64,000 nucleotides of DNA from Pristiophorus japonicus (GCF_044704955.1 NC_091993.1:117056001-117120000), one strand, 5' to 3'; shown: positions 37,064 through 50,351, counted from the first letter of the stretch. The notes: generated by a model from the letters alone, not told the origin. Program-made: numbers and translations.

Positions 37064-37846
37064 GTGTCAACTGGGGCTCAGTGGATAGCAACTCTCACCT
37101 CTGAGTCAGAAAGTTGTGGGTTCAAGTCCCACTCCTGAGACTTGAGCACAAAAATGTACGGTGACACTCCAATGCAGTGCTGAGGGAGTGCTGCACTGTC
37201 GGAGATGCTGTCTTTCAGATGAGATGTTAAACCGAGGCCCAGTCTGGTCTCCAAGGTGGATGTAAAAGATCTCACTGCACTATTTTGAAGCAGAGCAGCA
37301 GAGATTTCCCCGGTGTCCTGGCCAATATTTATTCCTCAATCAACATTCAAAAGCACAGATTATCTGGTCATTACCACATTGCTGTTTGTGGGAGCATTTA
37401 TATAGCACCTTTCACGACCTCAGGATGTCCCAAAGTGCTTGACAGCCAATGAAATACTTTTGAAGTGCAGTCACTGTTTTGTAATATAAGAAACGCGGCA
37501 GCCAATTTGCGCACAGTAAGCTGCCTCTATCAGCAATGTGATAATGTCCAGGTAATCTGATTTTTTTGGTGATATTGATTGAGGGATAAATATTGGCCAG
37601 GACACCAACTCCCCTGCTCTTCTTTGAAATAGTGTCATCAGATCTTTTACACCCATCTGAAAGAGCAGACTGGGCCTCGGTTTAACGTCTCATCCGAAAG
37701 ACAGCACCTCCGACAGTGCGGCACTCCATCAGCACTGCACTGGGAGTGTCAGCCTAGATTTTTGTGCTCAAGTCTCTGGAGTGGGACTTGAATCCACAAC
37801 CTTCTGACTCAGAGCTGAGAGTGCTACCCACTGAGCCACAGCTGGC
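37064..37846. mobile_element. Two HE1-like SINEs fused tail-to-tail (plus 37064-37395, minus 37396-37846)
   Basis: A/B-box heads at both outer ends in opposite orientation. Confidence 0.85.
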
Positions 37847-38490
37847 ATTTATCACCTCTGTATAATCCAACATCCACCGAAAGATTGTTGCCAAATATCA
37901 GAACGTCCATTGTTTAGGAAATAGTTTATTTGCAAAAATGTTTGTTAACAGATTGAACCTTGGTCTCCTTTTGCCATTGTATACGAGGACGTGCAATTAA
38001 GTTGATGTGCGATCAATCGACATAATAAACATAATCAATGATCCGACGAGTCTGTCAATAGCTTCTTGCGTTGCAATGGTTTTAGAAAAAAAACCTTATA
38101 AACGCAGTTGGAGGCAATTTACCTTTACTCTATAAAACCAGAAATTATTGTCAGCGATATCAGTGGATGAACAGACAACTCATCCGTGTGACATTGAGAC
38201 ATTAGCCCATTTATTTTAAGGATTACTGCGTTTGCTGAAATAGTGGGCAGTGGATTACAATAAAGAAGTGTTGAGTATTCGTCTGTTACACCGACAACAA
38301 TCTCTGAGCCATATTTCTTCAAATACCGCCCAGGTTGTAGAATTGAAGCAGTCAGCTGAGATGAAGGCACCGATTAAAATGGAGCTTCAAACTAAAGTTA
38401 GCATGTAAATTATCGGTAACAGAGGCATTACGATCGAAATACAAATGTGGAGCATTGGACTGGCTCTGAAACATCAGCAGTGCTCTCCAA

Positions 38491-38611
38491 CTAGAAAGTC
38501 TCCTTCTGTTTGTAGTCAGGTTTCTCGTAAATATAAGCTGGGAAGTCTTGTTGTGTCTGAGTGCTGGATTTGTGTGTTGCCATGTCAGATATGAAATCGT
38601 GTCCATCATCC
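38491..38611 (-). CDS. Gene A last coding exon (DDGHDFISDMATHKSSTQTQQDFPAYIYEKPDYKQKETF*)
   Basis: Strong acceptor tttttttagtctttcag; phase-2 frame gives a Tyr-rich tail; minus-strand AATAAA downstream at 38210-38215 and 37925-37930. Confidence 0.65.
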
Positions 38612-38789
38612 CTGAAAGACTAAAAAAAGAGTTCATAAATTATTCTCGTCGTACAATAGTGTGTCAGTTGATTTAAATTAGAAAAGGTAGCACTTATGGC
38701 AGATAAAGGATTATATTATCAAATGCGGCATACTTTTTCCATAAGTTGATTAAGAAGCTGGAATAAATTAGATAAAGGAGTTACCCATA

Positions 38790-39220
38790 CAACAACAACT
38801 TGTATTTATATAGCATCTTTAACATAGTGAAACATCCCAAGGTGCTTCACAGGAGTGTTATAAATTTGACACCGAGTCACACAAGGAGAAATTAGCGCAG
38901 GTGACCAAAAGCTCGGTCAAAGAGATAGGTTTTAAGGAGCGTCTTGAAGGAGGAAAGAGAGGTAGAGAGGCGGGGAGTTTTAGGGAGGGAGTTCCAGAGC
39001 TTGGGGCCCAGGCAACAGAAGGCACGGCCACCAATGTTTGAGCGATTATAATCAGGAATGCTCAAGAGGGCAGGCAGAATTAGAGGAGCCCAGACATCTC
39101 GGGGCGGGGGAGGGGGCGGTGTTGTGGGGCTGGAGGAGATTACAGAGATAGGGAGGGGATGAGGCCACGGAGGGATTTGAAAACAAGGATCAGAATTTTG
39201 AAATCGAGACGTTGCTTAAC
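38790..39220 (-). mobile_element. L2-type LINE 3' fragment
   Basis: (CAA)n then CTTGTATTTATATAGC tail; homologous to 1717-1980. Confidence 0.7.
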
Positions 39221-39618
39221 TTTTCATCATGCCCATAAGAATTTTTTAAGAATCATTTTTGTTTCTGGTTAAATAAATAAATGTAGCAATCCAACTTGCT
39301 TTCGAGTTGATCCATGCTAACCACTTAGTACGATCAGACACATGGATTGTCGGGATCGGTTAGATCCAAGTATCATTTTATATAATAAAAGGCAGCCATT
39401 ACACCTCCTCACCAAAAACTGAAAGTTTAAGTAAGTTAAAAGCTTGGGTCTGGTCAAGCTTGGAGCCCCTCGCAAGCCTGAACTCAATTTATGAACAGAT
39501 GCAATCAGTGGTATCAGCTGCTGAAATCGACTCAAAGTTTGACTCTATCTGCATGTTTCATGTCCTCTCATCTCCCATGGAGACCTGGAATCCAGTTGGG
39601 GTTCAACCATCTAACAAG

Positions 39619-40088
39619 GTGTCAGCTGTGGCTCAGTGGGTAGCACCCTCGCTTCTGAGTTAGAAGGTTGTGGGTTCAAGTCCCACTCTAGGGTCTTGAG
39701 CACATAAATCTAGGCTGATGCTCCAGTGCAGTGCTGAGGGAGTGCTGCACTGTTGGAGGTGCTGTCTTTCCGATGAGATAATAAACCAAGGCTCTGTCTG
39801 CCCTCTCAGGTGGACTGTAAAAGATCTCATCAAGCTATTTTGAAGAAGAGCAGGGGAGTTATCCCCAGTGTCCTGGCCAATATTTATCCCTCAATCAACA
39901 CAACAACAAATTATCTGGCCATTATCACATTGATGTTTATGGGAGCTTGCTGTGAGCGAATTGGCTGCTGCATTTCCCACATTAGAACAGTGACAACACT
40001 CCAAAAATACTTCATTGTCTGTAAAGGGCTTTGAGAACTCCGGTGGTCATGCGAGGAGCTATATAAATGTAAGTCTTTCTTTTTCTTT
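39619..40088 (+). mobile_element. HE1-like SINE, full length
   Basis: GTGTCAGCTGTGGCTCAGTGGG..GGGTTCAAGTCCC..AAGTCTTTCTTTTT. Confidence 0.9.
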
Positions 40089-41924
40089 AACTGTAGCAAT
40101 GATCTTGCTTTGGGAGTGGAGGACGGTGTGTTCTGTTTTGTTATGTTAACATGTAAATCCTAGTTCTAGACTATGAACCCTCGGCTCAAGCCCCAGGAAG
40201 CAGAGAGCCTGGGACAGAGTCAATGAGAAGATGGGAAAGAATGATTGAGTAAGAAACGGGAGCGAGCCAGCAGGGATGCCAAGAGGCAGTGAACAGGGAG
40301 GTTAGGATTTGGAGTTGTATGGGATAATGTTGGGACGAGAAGGGGTCAAGATGGGACAATATTGTTCCACCTATCTTACACCGAGAGCCTGATGAAAATT
40401 AAGCACTAATGCTTAAAATGAAGCTACAAAGGTAAAAAATTGAACACACCGGCCAGGATTCTCCTAACAGCTGCAGCACCAGAAGAGGCAGCTAGGGGGA
40501 TAAAGGGGCAGTAACGCCTCGAAGATTGACACATTGGTCCTTGTGGGCCTCGGCAGAGAGTAAGGCCTACAAGGCAAGATAAGCAGGGACCAGAATGAAG
40601 GAGAGGAGACCCCTACAAGGCCTTCTACCTCTATCGGGAAGTCCCAGGGCTCTTAATGCATCTCTATGGCGACCCTGGGAAGCAGCGGCAACAAGGAAGG
40701 AGAGGAGGAATATCTGCCAGCAACCCGGCCTCGTATCCCCCTCGTTTTGTTATTTGCACAGGGCACACAGGGATGGAGTGGTCGGGGCAGGGCTGGGGAA
40801 ATAGAGGTCGGGTGGTGAACTGACTGCCTGAACTTTCCATCACAGCTAAAGCCTGATAACTGCACACAGGGACGCTTTCCTGCTTGGGTCGCTGGGCTGC
40901 AATTAAGACCCAGAACCCCAGCTCATTTATCCCCCTCTCTACCCTGAGGAAGTTGGGGACAATTGGCAGCTGTGCCTTCAACTGCCTGGACCCTAAGCTC
41001 TGGAATACCCTCCCCAAACCTTTCCACCTCTCTAGCTCACTTTCTTCCTTTAAGACGCTCCTTAAAACCCCTACCTCTTTGACCAGGCATTTGGTCATCT
41101 GCCCTAATAGCTCCTTATGTGGCTTGGTGTCACTCCTGTGAAGCGCCTTGGGATGTTTTACTACGTTAAAGGCGCTATATAAATAAGCTATTGTTGTTGT
41201 TCCCTAACCACAAACTGGGTTCTTGGTCGATGTGACTCAACCAGTCCAGGGGGTGTTTTTACTTACTGGGTCACTGGAGGGCAGCAATAGTACGTACTAA
41301 ACACTTTACTTACCAAACATCTGGCTGCTCATGTCTCGCTTTCCATTGCGATCATTGATTTAATTATGAATAGGTCCATTCAATAGGAGAAACTGTCAGA
41401 ACTTCAACATGAATTCAAAATTTAAAGGTGGCTTTCAATCACTTAGTTTTAAACTAGACAGACAAATGATTGATCCATTTAAACATGTAGAATTTCTTTT
41501 CTCTTGAGGTTGAAGAGGCCACCAGTGAGATTTATCCCATTGTTGTTAAATTAGCCTCTCCATTAAGATAAACATGAAAGTAATACTGATTGGGAACTCT
41601 GGGCTACAGACTGAAACTGGTTATTAAAGGTCAAAGACAATTATTCCATCCAAATCCAAGTTTCAGTTCTTTGTTTTAACAGATAGTTTTGATTTGAACC
41701 AGAGGTGACATGGGGAAATACTTTTTTACGCAACGAGTGGTTAGGATTTGGAATGCACTGCCTGGATGGGATGGTGCATGCTGATTCAGTAGTAGCCTTT
41801 AAAAGGGAATTGGATAAATTCTTGAAGGAGAAAAAAAATGCAGGGGTATGGGGAAAGAGCGGGGGGAGTGGGACTAACTGGATTGCTCTTCAAAAGAGCC
41901 ATTGCAGACTCGACGGGCTGTACT

Positions 41925-43715
41925 ATTCTGATTTTATGGCCGCGATTTCGCCAACCGTGGTGAGTCTGGGGCGGCCGGGATAGATGGGGGGGTTGGGACC
42001 CTCGCTCCCGGCTCCATCCCGCACTGTGAAAATAATTTTCTGTTGATGGGGCTTGTTAAGCCCGCCCTGCGAGGTTCCTGGCCAATTAATAGGAAGTGTG
42101 TCCGATGACATCATTTGATGTCGCGTCATCAGCCGGTTTCCTTAAAGGGACCATGGCCACATTCATTTTGACAGTTCTTCTCTCAGTTTTTTGCAGCATT
42201 GAGCAGCTGCAAACACTGACAAGCACTGCTCAAAGGTGCACGGCTGCACCCAGGCTCTCTCATGACTCCCTCCAGATCCTTATGGAGGGAGTCACAGTAC
42301 CCAGGGAGGTTCCCTTCCCTTCCAATGGGCAGATGAGACCACCCCAGGACACCAACGCAGCCTGGTTGCACATTGCACAGGAGGGCACCAGCAGGGATGT
42401 CGTCAGGAGGACCTGGGTGCAGTAGCGCAAACCATTCAATTATTTCAGTAGATCACAAAACATTACTGTAAAACCACACTCAACCTCATCCTGCTGAGTC
42501 ACTCATCATATCCCCATCACTCTGCCTTCCCTACAGTGCTCTGCACATCCTTACTCACACCAACTTACCTTGCTCCACCACCCATCCCTCTCTATCTACA
42601 TTATCACATCCCCATCTCACTAGCCACACCTCACATTCATCCTCGTCCTTGTCCAATTATACCAACTAACAACACACATGGGTAGGCACTTGGGTCGTTT
42701 AGCCAATGTCCATGTAAAGTTTCTGTTCATGTGTTGTCAAACACTGAAATCTTTATTTTCAACACTTTGTGTTCTTGGACAGATTTGTGTGCACATTTGG
42801 AAGTAGCTTAGTGAGTTGCAGTGAATGGTGAGACATAAAGGTACCCCCTGCAATGATGATGAGTGTGAAAGGAATGGCTTGGCCATTGCAGGGATGCTTT
42901 ATGGTGTTGGTGTGGGGTGGTGCCAACCTGGTGTGTCATGTGAAGCCAGGGTGTACAGCATCAAATGAAGTCAATGTGGCCATGGTGAGGCCATCCCTGG
43001 TGTCCCAAGCAGCAATGTGGTCAGGTGCTGATGCCCTGTGTCCTGTGCAGCATCAGGTGATTGTGGAGAAGGTTGGTGTTGTTGTTGGTGCTGCTGGTAT
43101 GCCTGGTGATGTTGGTGTTGGGGTTGATCGTGGTGGGATTCTGAGGACCAAGGTGAGATTTTTTTCAAGGGCACCGATGCTGATGGAATAGATAGCAGCT
43201 GAAGTTGAGATGACAGAAGCGATCTGTCTATGGTGAGAGAGGTTGTTCCAAGGAGGTGACAGTGGTTTGAGTGTTTGCTCCAAACACTTGGAATCTCCAT
43301 AAAGCTGAAAAGAATATTCCATAGTATGAAGGCTCCACATTCTAAGATTGGAAAGTGAACAGCTGTGAAATGATAGCTGTTATATACCACTTCTGCAGCG
43401 GTCACCTAATCAGAAGAATGGAGATCCACTGAAAACCCGACCTATTTACCTGATGTGATCCCCGGGCGCCGGGAATCTCGTCCAAAAGCTACAAGAATGG
43501 CAAGTACATGGTAAAATGCTGTTTAAGTACCTTTTAATAAGCTCTTCACGATTTCAATTGGCTCACCCGCTTGGTGTCGGGTCTGTAAAGCGCAGGCAGA
43601 CCCGACCCTTGGGAAACGAGTTGACAGCGGGTTCCCGACACGCTGTCAATTTTTATATTTTGACAGCGGACCTGACTCTGAACCTGCCCTCTGAGTGGCC
43701 TATGACTTTATGAAT
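41925..43715. mobile_element. Harbinger-derived element with a decayed Myb/SANT ORF (plus strand, about 42230-42460)
   Basis: AAPRLSHDSLQILMEGV..REVPFPSNG..AWLHIAQE..RTWVQ*RKPFN, homologous to the Myb/SANT ORF at 59925-60165. Confidence 0.65.
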
Positions 43716-43754
43716 TGATTTTAACCTAAGTACAGAGATAATTGACTTATTTAC

Positions 43755-43768
43755 TTTTTTTTGACAAA
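43755..43768 (-). CDS. Gene A candidate 14-nt microexon (FVKK)
   Basis: Acceptor cctacctatcctcatttcaattgtcag with upstream TTTAAC, donor AA|gtaaat, 79-nt intron; supplies the phase 0 to 2 link. Confidence 0.45.
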
Positions 43769-43847
43769 CTGACAATTGAAATGAGGATAGGTAGGCACGT
43801 TCTGTTAAATATCTGTCATCAGATGTGCTGCGGAGTAAAACTCTTAC

Positions 43848-43903
43848 CGTAGCATTGTACACTGGGTTAGATTCTTCCTCTGTGTGTGTTAACCCTTTCT
43901 TAC
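43848..43903 (-). CDS. Gene A cytoplasmic exon (GKKGLTHTEEESNPVYNAT)
   Basis: Acceptor tatcattcttag, donor ACG|gtaaga, phase 1 to 0, 56 nt. Confidence 0.75.
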
Positions 43904-44921
43904 CTAAGAATGATACAGGTTTGGGTTACAGAGACATGAATATAAAGTTGAAAATTAATATTGTGAATCCATCACTGTATATATTTTAGTGAATACTAAT
44001 TTACAGTGAGTTTTTGCATTTGTAACAAACAGTTTTACTAAAAAGTAGCATCTTTATAATCAGAGGTCAAAGTCAGCAAATAGAATCGGATATTATAAGT
44101 CCAGAAATGACTCTTTGCAATATTTGTAATAGTAACATACATGCACTCAGAGTCAGCTGTGGCTCAGTGGGTCGCACTCTCATCTCTGAGTCAGAAGGTT
44201 GTGTGTTCAAGTCCCAGTCCAGGGACTTGAGCACAAAAAATTTAAGTTGACACTCCCAGTGCAGTGCTGAAGGAGTTGGAGGTGTTGTCTTTCGGATGAG
44301 ACGTTAAACCATGGCCCTGTCTGCTTTGTGAAGTCCAGTTGTCGTGAAAAGTGCTACCTTTTAAATTCAAGTCTTTCTTTTAGAGCAATCGTATCATGCA
44401 TCTCTGTCTGCTATTTTAATGCAGGCATTAACCCATTTATTTTAAACACATCGGGGTAAATTTTCACCTTCACTGTATTGGGTGGTAATCTGCTGGAGTG
44501 GACCGCATGTCTTTTAAACTGTCTGCTCGACATTAATTCCATTGAAACCAATTGAAAAGGTTCTGGAACTGACTGCCAATGATTTGAAATGACTTCATCT
44601 GGAATTCCATATCTAGTAAACTGTTGATTGCAATTGCATTTGAACTCCTGGTACTGGTTTACTGATTTAGTTAATAAAAAATTGAAATGTAGCGTACAAT
44701 GATTAAACCTTGATTTGAATGAAATTCAAATGCATCAAACTTAACTTTCTGCCCTGGTCTGCTGGGAACGTCATACTTACATTGGCTCTTTGCACACTTA
44801 CTTCTTGTATGTGCTGCATTGTATATTGTTCTCTTTCTATGGCTTTATTTAAAGCTTAAGGGTCAAGGCATATTCTTATTCATTGTCTAGCTTGACTACT
44901 GCTGCCCCAGAGATCCCTGCA

Positions 44922-45680
44922 GGTGTCAGCTGTGGCTCAATTGGTAACACTCTGAGTCAGAAGGTTGTGGGTTCAAGTCCCAGTCCAGAGACTTGAGCAC
45001 AAAGATCTAGGCTGACACTCCAGTGCCGTGCTGAGGCGCTGGTGCATTGTCGGAGATGCCGTCTTTCGGATGAGATGATAAACTGAGCCGCCGTCTGCTC
45101 TCCCGGGTGGATGTAAAAGGTCCTGTGGCACTACGTTGAAGGCGAGCAAGGGAATTCTCCCCAGTGCCCTGACCAATATTTATCCCTCAATCCTCAGCTA
45201 ATCTGGTCATCATCACGTTCTGTTTTTGGGAGCTTGCTGTCACGTTTCCTACATTTACGACAGTGCAAAAATCATGGGGGAGTCTAGAACTAGGGGGCAT
45301 CGTCTCAGAATAAGGGGCCGCCCATTTAAAATGGAAATGAGAAAGAATTTCTTCTCTCAGAGGGTGGTGAATTTTTGGAATTCTCTACCCCAGAGAGCTG
45401 TGGAAGCTGGATTATTGAATATATTTAAGGTGGAGTTAGGTAGATTTTTGAAGGCTAAGGGAGTCAAGGGTTATGGCGAGCGGGCAGGGAAGTGGAGTTG
45501 AGGCCAAGATCAGATTTGCCAGGATCTTATTGAATGGTGGAGCAGGCTCGAGGGGCCAGATGGCCTACTCCTGCTCCTATTTCTTATGTTCTTATGTACT
45601 TCCTTAGCTGTAAAGCGCGCTGGGACATTCTGAAGTGAATAGTGCTGTATAAATGCAAGTTCTGGCTTTCTTTTCTTTAC
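44922..45680 (+). mobile_element. HE1-like SINE interrupted by a CR1 3' fragment (about 45268-45597)
   Basis: SINE head at 44922; SINE tail resumes after the CR1 (TTCTTATG)n. Confidence 0.8.
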
Positions 45681-46439
45681 ACCTAAAACCAGGACATTTA
45701 GGCTGGTCAGGAGCCTGCGACTGATTAGTGGCCAGCAAAATTGGCTCCTATGAAAAGAGCAGAGCTATAAGTAGACAGAAAAACAGGAGTTTACTGAACT
45801 GGACAAATCACTGAGGGAAAACATTTTTACGCAGCAAGTGGTTGGGATCTGGAATGCGCGGCCTGAAAGAGTGGTGGAGGCAGGTTCGATCGTGTCTTTC
45901 AAAAGGGAACTGAATAAGAACCTGAAGGAAAATTAATTTGCAGGGTAGTGGGGAAAGGGCGGGGGGGAGGAGAAGGACTGGCTGAAGTGCTCTTGCAGAG
46001 AGCTGGCATGGGCCTCCTACTGTGCTGTAACTATTCTATGATTCTCGTCTCTCTGAATAGGTCAAGTGTCCAGAAACTGTCCCATGACAGCATAGATCAA
46101 ATTTTATTTTGCACTCTATTACAGAGGATGCAGAAACGGGTAGCCCTTGCACTTTGACCTGCAAGATCCTGCTTTACTTGAATCAAATTTGCAACCGTAA
46201 AATAGGTCAGGAAATTCTTCGCAGCTGCTCGCTGCCGCTGTGCCGGCCTAGCTTTGCCGGGAGCACGGCACAATGCCCACTTCCTCAGAATCCGCCGCGC
46301 CCTTGGCGAAGGTGGCGGCCGGTGGAGCGGGCGCAGCTCCCAGCAAATTCCCGGCCTCGCTCTTCAGCCGGCCCGCGTGGAAGCAGCGAGGTTTTCCTTT
46401 TCATCTGGAATGGGAATTTTCTAAAATGGTGTAACTCAC

Positions 46440-46546
46440 CGGCTGCAGTTTGCTTTCTGCTTCTTCTGACATAAATAGTAGCGACAAGGAGCAGTACGAT
46501 CAAAACACCCAGTGCAGGCACCAGAATGATGGGTAGATTTGTGCTG
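46440..46546 (-). CDS. Gene A transmembrane exon (STNLPIILVPALGVLIVLLLVATIYVRRSRKQTAA)
   Basis: Acceptor cttttctgtttccatag (NAGNAG), donor G|gtgagt, phase 2 to 1; uncharged helix plus basic stop-transfer sequence. Confidence 0.9.
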
Positions 46547-48993
46547 CTATGGAAACAGAAAAGTGGAAAGTTTATCTCTCCAAAGTGAGACTTATTTACA
46601 TTCTTCCAGCAGTACTGCTTCCCTTTTAAAGTTTCCCAATTTCCTTATCTCGCCTGTACTGCTAAAAGTGCTGATGTCTGCAGGATGCAATCGCACAGGC
46701 ACTGGCCAATATTCATGCGTGAGCCTTGATAGTAACTGTCAGCAGGCTATTCAGCTGCAGTAGGATCACAGCTATCTCCAATCCTGCCCTCACTTAATAT
46801 TCACGAGAAAACTTTTCCAGCAGGTTGTTGGGCAGTGATCAGGAGAGGAATTTTTTTTTTATTCGTTCACAGGATGCGTGCGTCGCTGGTAAGGCCGGCA
46901 TTTATTGCCCATCCCTAATTGCCCTTGAGAAAGTGGTGGTGAGCCACCTTCTTGAACCGCTGCAGTCCAGGTGGTGAAGGAACTCCCACAGTGCTGTTAG
47001 GGAGGGAGTTCCAGGATTTTGACCCAGTGACGATTAAGGAATGGTCGATATACTTCCAAGTCAGGATGGTGTGTAACTTGGAGGGGAACTTGCAGGTGAT
47101 GGTGCTCCCATGCTCCTGCTGCCCTTGTCCTTCTAGGTGGTAAAGGTCATGTGTTTGGGAGGTGCTGTTGAAGATGTCCCTTGTAGGGGTTGGAAGAATG
47201 TGATCTGTCTTCCCTGAGTTCCCTCTCTCCCCTCCGATCCCCCCCACCAGAGTCTCTCCATCCCTCCCCCCCCCAAGCTCTCTCTCTCCCTCTCCCCCAA
47301 TCCCTCTCCATCTCTCTCTCCGCCCCCCCACCCCCCACCTCCCAGTCTCTCTCTCTCTCTCTCTTCCACTCCCCTCTCAGCCAGCCGCGGACCATCTTGG
47401 GGCCAGATAGATCTCAGGCTTGGCACTGCCCGGGCCTCGGAGCTGCAGTGGAGGCAACGCGGTCGACGGATTGGAGGATGGATGGGCGCAATGGATGGGC
47501 GCATGTGCAGAAAAGGGTTAGTGTAAATTGCGCTGGGGGGTGGGGGGGGGGGTGGGGAGTCTGAGCCTACTTGCATGCGCAGAAGGGAGACTTAGTACAA
47601 AGAGTTACTCCGTTTTTTTAATGCAGCGAGTTGTTGTGATCTGGAATGCACTGCCTGAAAGGGTGGTGGAAGCAGATTCAAAAGGGAATTGGATATACTT
47701 GACGGGGAAAAATTTGCAAGGCCATGGAGGGAGAGCAGGGGCTGTGGGACTAATGGGACAGCTCTTTCAAAGAGCTGGCATAGGCACAATGGGCCGCGTG
47801 GCCTCTTTCTCCGCTGTAACATGCTAGAATTCTACAAGAAGTGAAATAGTGTAAGAGTGACACACAGGAAAGAAAGAAAGAAAGACTTGAATTTATTTAG
47901 CACCTTTCACGACCAACGGACGTCTGAAAGCGCTTTACGGCCAATGAAGTATTTTTGGGTGGCGTTCGGACCATACAGCCCGTGCAATTGGACGAGACCC
48001 CGAACCAGTCAACGGCGTCATGCGTATCCAGTGAAAGATCACCTACGCAGAGCAGCATTAAAGCACGGGCCTACAGGGCCCCTGTGAACACAGCTGAGAC
48101 TCAAGCATTAACTTGCACCAGCTTACATCAGTCACCAGGAGGCAGCAGACAGGAATAAACATCCCAAAGGCATGAAACACTTGGCTGAGTTCCATCAATG
48201 AAATAACCAAATTGCTGCTTGTTGGTTTCTGCACTTATTTCAGAGGCCCAGTGGATCCTCGACAGGACAATTCAGATGGCTCACAGATTCATGATTGGCG
48301 AGATAACTACATTCGGTCCCTGCTATGTTTTTTAAAATTCGTTCCTGGGATGTGGGCCTTGCTGGCGAGGCCGACATTTATTGCCCATCCCCAATCGCCC
48401 GGGAGAAGATGGTGATCAGCCGCCTTCTTGAACCGCTGCAGTCCGTGTGGTGAAGGAACTCCCATAGTGCTGACTTTGTCGTAGCAGTTTGGTACAACTG
48501 AGTGTCTCGCTGGGCCATTTCGGAGGGCAGTTAAGAGTCAACCACATTGCTGTGGGTCTGGAGTCACATATCGGCCAGACCGGGTAAGGACGGCAGATTT
48601 CCTTCCCTAAAGGAAATGAGTGAACCAGATGGGTTTTTCCGACAATCCGGTAGTTCCATGGTCACCATTACTGACACTAGCTTTTTAATTCCAGATTTAT
48701 TTAATTAACTGAATGTAAATTCCCCAGCTGCCGTGGTGGGATTTGAACTCATGTCTCCGGATTATTAGTCTAGGCTTCTGGATTACCAGTCCACCAGATT
48801 GTGTTCCAGATTGTCTTTTTAATCATTGTTAACTCAATGGAGGTTTGAGCTGCAATGTGAGCCCAGATGGATTACCCCATCCTTACTTCGAGGGACTGCC
48901 TATGATGATGATGAGCCCAGTTACTGCCGCTTGAGGAAGTATGACCATATTGGGATAGTTGTGTATTCAGGTATTGTGTTGTCTTCAATCTAC

Positions 48994-49275
48994 CTGAGGA
49001 CAGACCGATAAACGTGCTTAAGCTCTGCCCATTGTTTCCCGCGTTGTTGACTGCAATCTCTCTCCAAGATTTGGAAAAACCTTCGCTGTCCAGTTTTTGG
49101 CTGCTTCTTTTGGGTGCCGTCCTTGCTTGGCGGTGGAACACAATGTGGACCTTGCGGCTTTTTGTTTGACAGCAAAGAATCATAGGCATTCTGTGTTGTG
49201 AATGTTTGAGCTGACTGTCTTGTCTGTGCTCGTTCCTGATATGCAATGTAGTCTTTTGCCTCATTTACCTTCAAC
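48994..49275 (-). CDS. Gene A candidate 282-nt extended-stalk or secretory exon
   Basis: Non-repeat open frame of 94 codons that starts at acceptor tttccctattcttaaag in phase 2 and ends at AG|gtagat in phase 2. Confidence 0.55.
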
Positions 49276-50351
49276 CTTTAAGAATAGGGAAATACCTGCA
49301 GACGTTGGTTAAAATGGGAGATAGGATTGTTATCACTAACTCAGCACGTAACGTGCCGTGGTACTCTGGCCACCCAGGCCAAGTATTACCGGGCGCTGAA
49401 CTCTAAAGCTTACTTTAAGCCTGACGCAAAGAACAGTTGGAAATGCAGATGGGAATTACCAAGCATGCTAGAAATTTGTGCACCTCTGTCACAAGGTCGC
49501 ACCTAAATTACAGGGCCTCTCCATAATGCATTGGAGTGTCTGGACAATCCTCCAGATGTTGAGCAATCATTTCTGCCCCAGCTGTTCCTTGGCCTCCAAC
49601 AGTGAATTCTTCAAAAGGGGACTTTGTACCACAGTGCTTTGAAATAAATGGCAGGAATTGAATGGCAACCCTTCACTAGCTGCTGAGGGTGAACCTCTGG
49701 ATCTCGCCTCTTTGGTGCTCCCAATACAACATGCCAGGAACTCCAGAGAGATACTTGAAACGAGCTGACCTCATGTTATTGTGAGGGGCACAGACGTATA
49801 TTGAAACTGGGACAGCCTTACTCTCCTCGAGGCTTTCTTGCCGGTTCCCCCTGCCTAATACAACATTAACATGTCAAAAAGTACTTTATTGGCTGTAAAG
49901 CACTTTTGGACATCCTGAGGTTGTGAAAGGCGCTATAAAAATGTTACTTTTTCTTTCTTTCGTTCCTTCTTTCCTTCCTATAATGTCATCATCATAGGCA
50001 GTCCCTCGAAGCGAGGATGACTTGCTTCCACGCCAAAAAGCAATGAGTTCACAGGTGTTTCAATGAAGGACCTAACATTCCAGATCCCGAACTACATCTT
50101 GGAGGGTGGAAGATGCCTGTGCGTGGATTTTTTTAATGTGTGGTGGCCGTTGCACACCAGTCACCACACGGGCTTGACAGAGCTCGGTCTTGGTCAAGTG
50201 GCAAGGATTAACCAAGACGACTGGAGACCAGCTCTGCTGCATGGACCTAGTGTGCACACATATCGCAGTGTGGGCTGGCCCATGCTGCTCCAGGGCCCTC
50301 GCCTCTTCTGGGCCCCAGACTCACTCCTCTCCTGGGCCCCGGTCACTTCCT

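Noticed and set aside
41305-41400. Strong gtaagt donor as the missing phase 0-2 cytoplasmic exon
   Set aside because: In-frame stops and no suitable acceptor upstream
43755-43801. 47-nt exon using the acceptor at 43802
   Set aside because: Needs a 46-nt intron, too short for vertebrates; the 14-nt microexon is preferred
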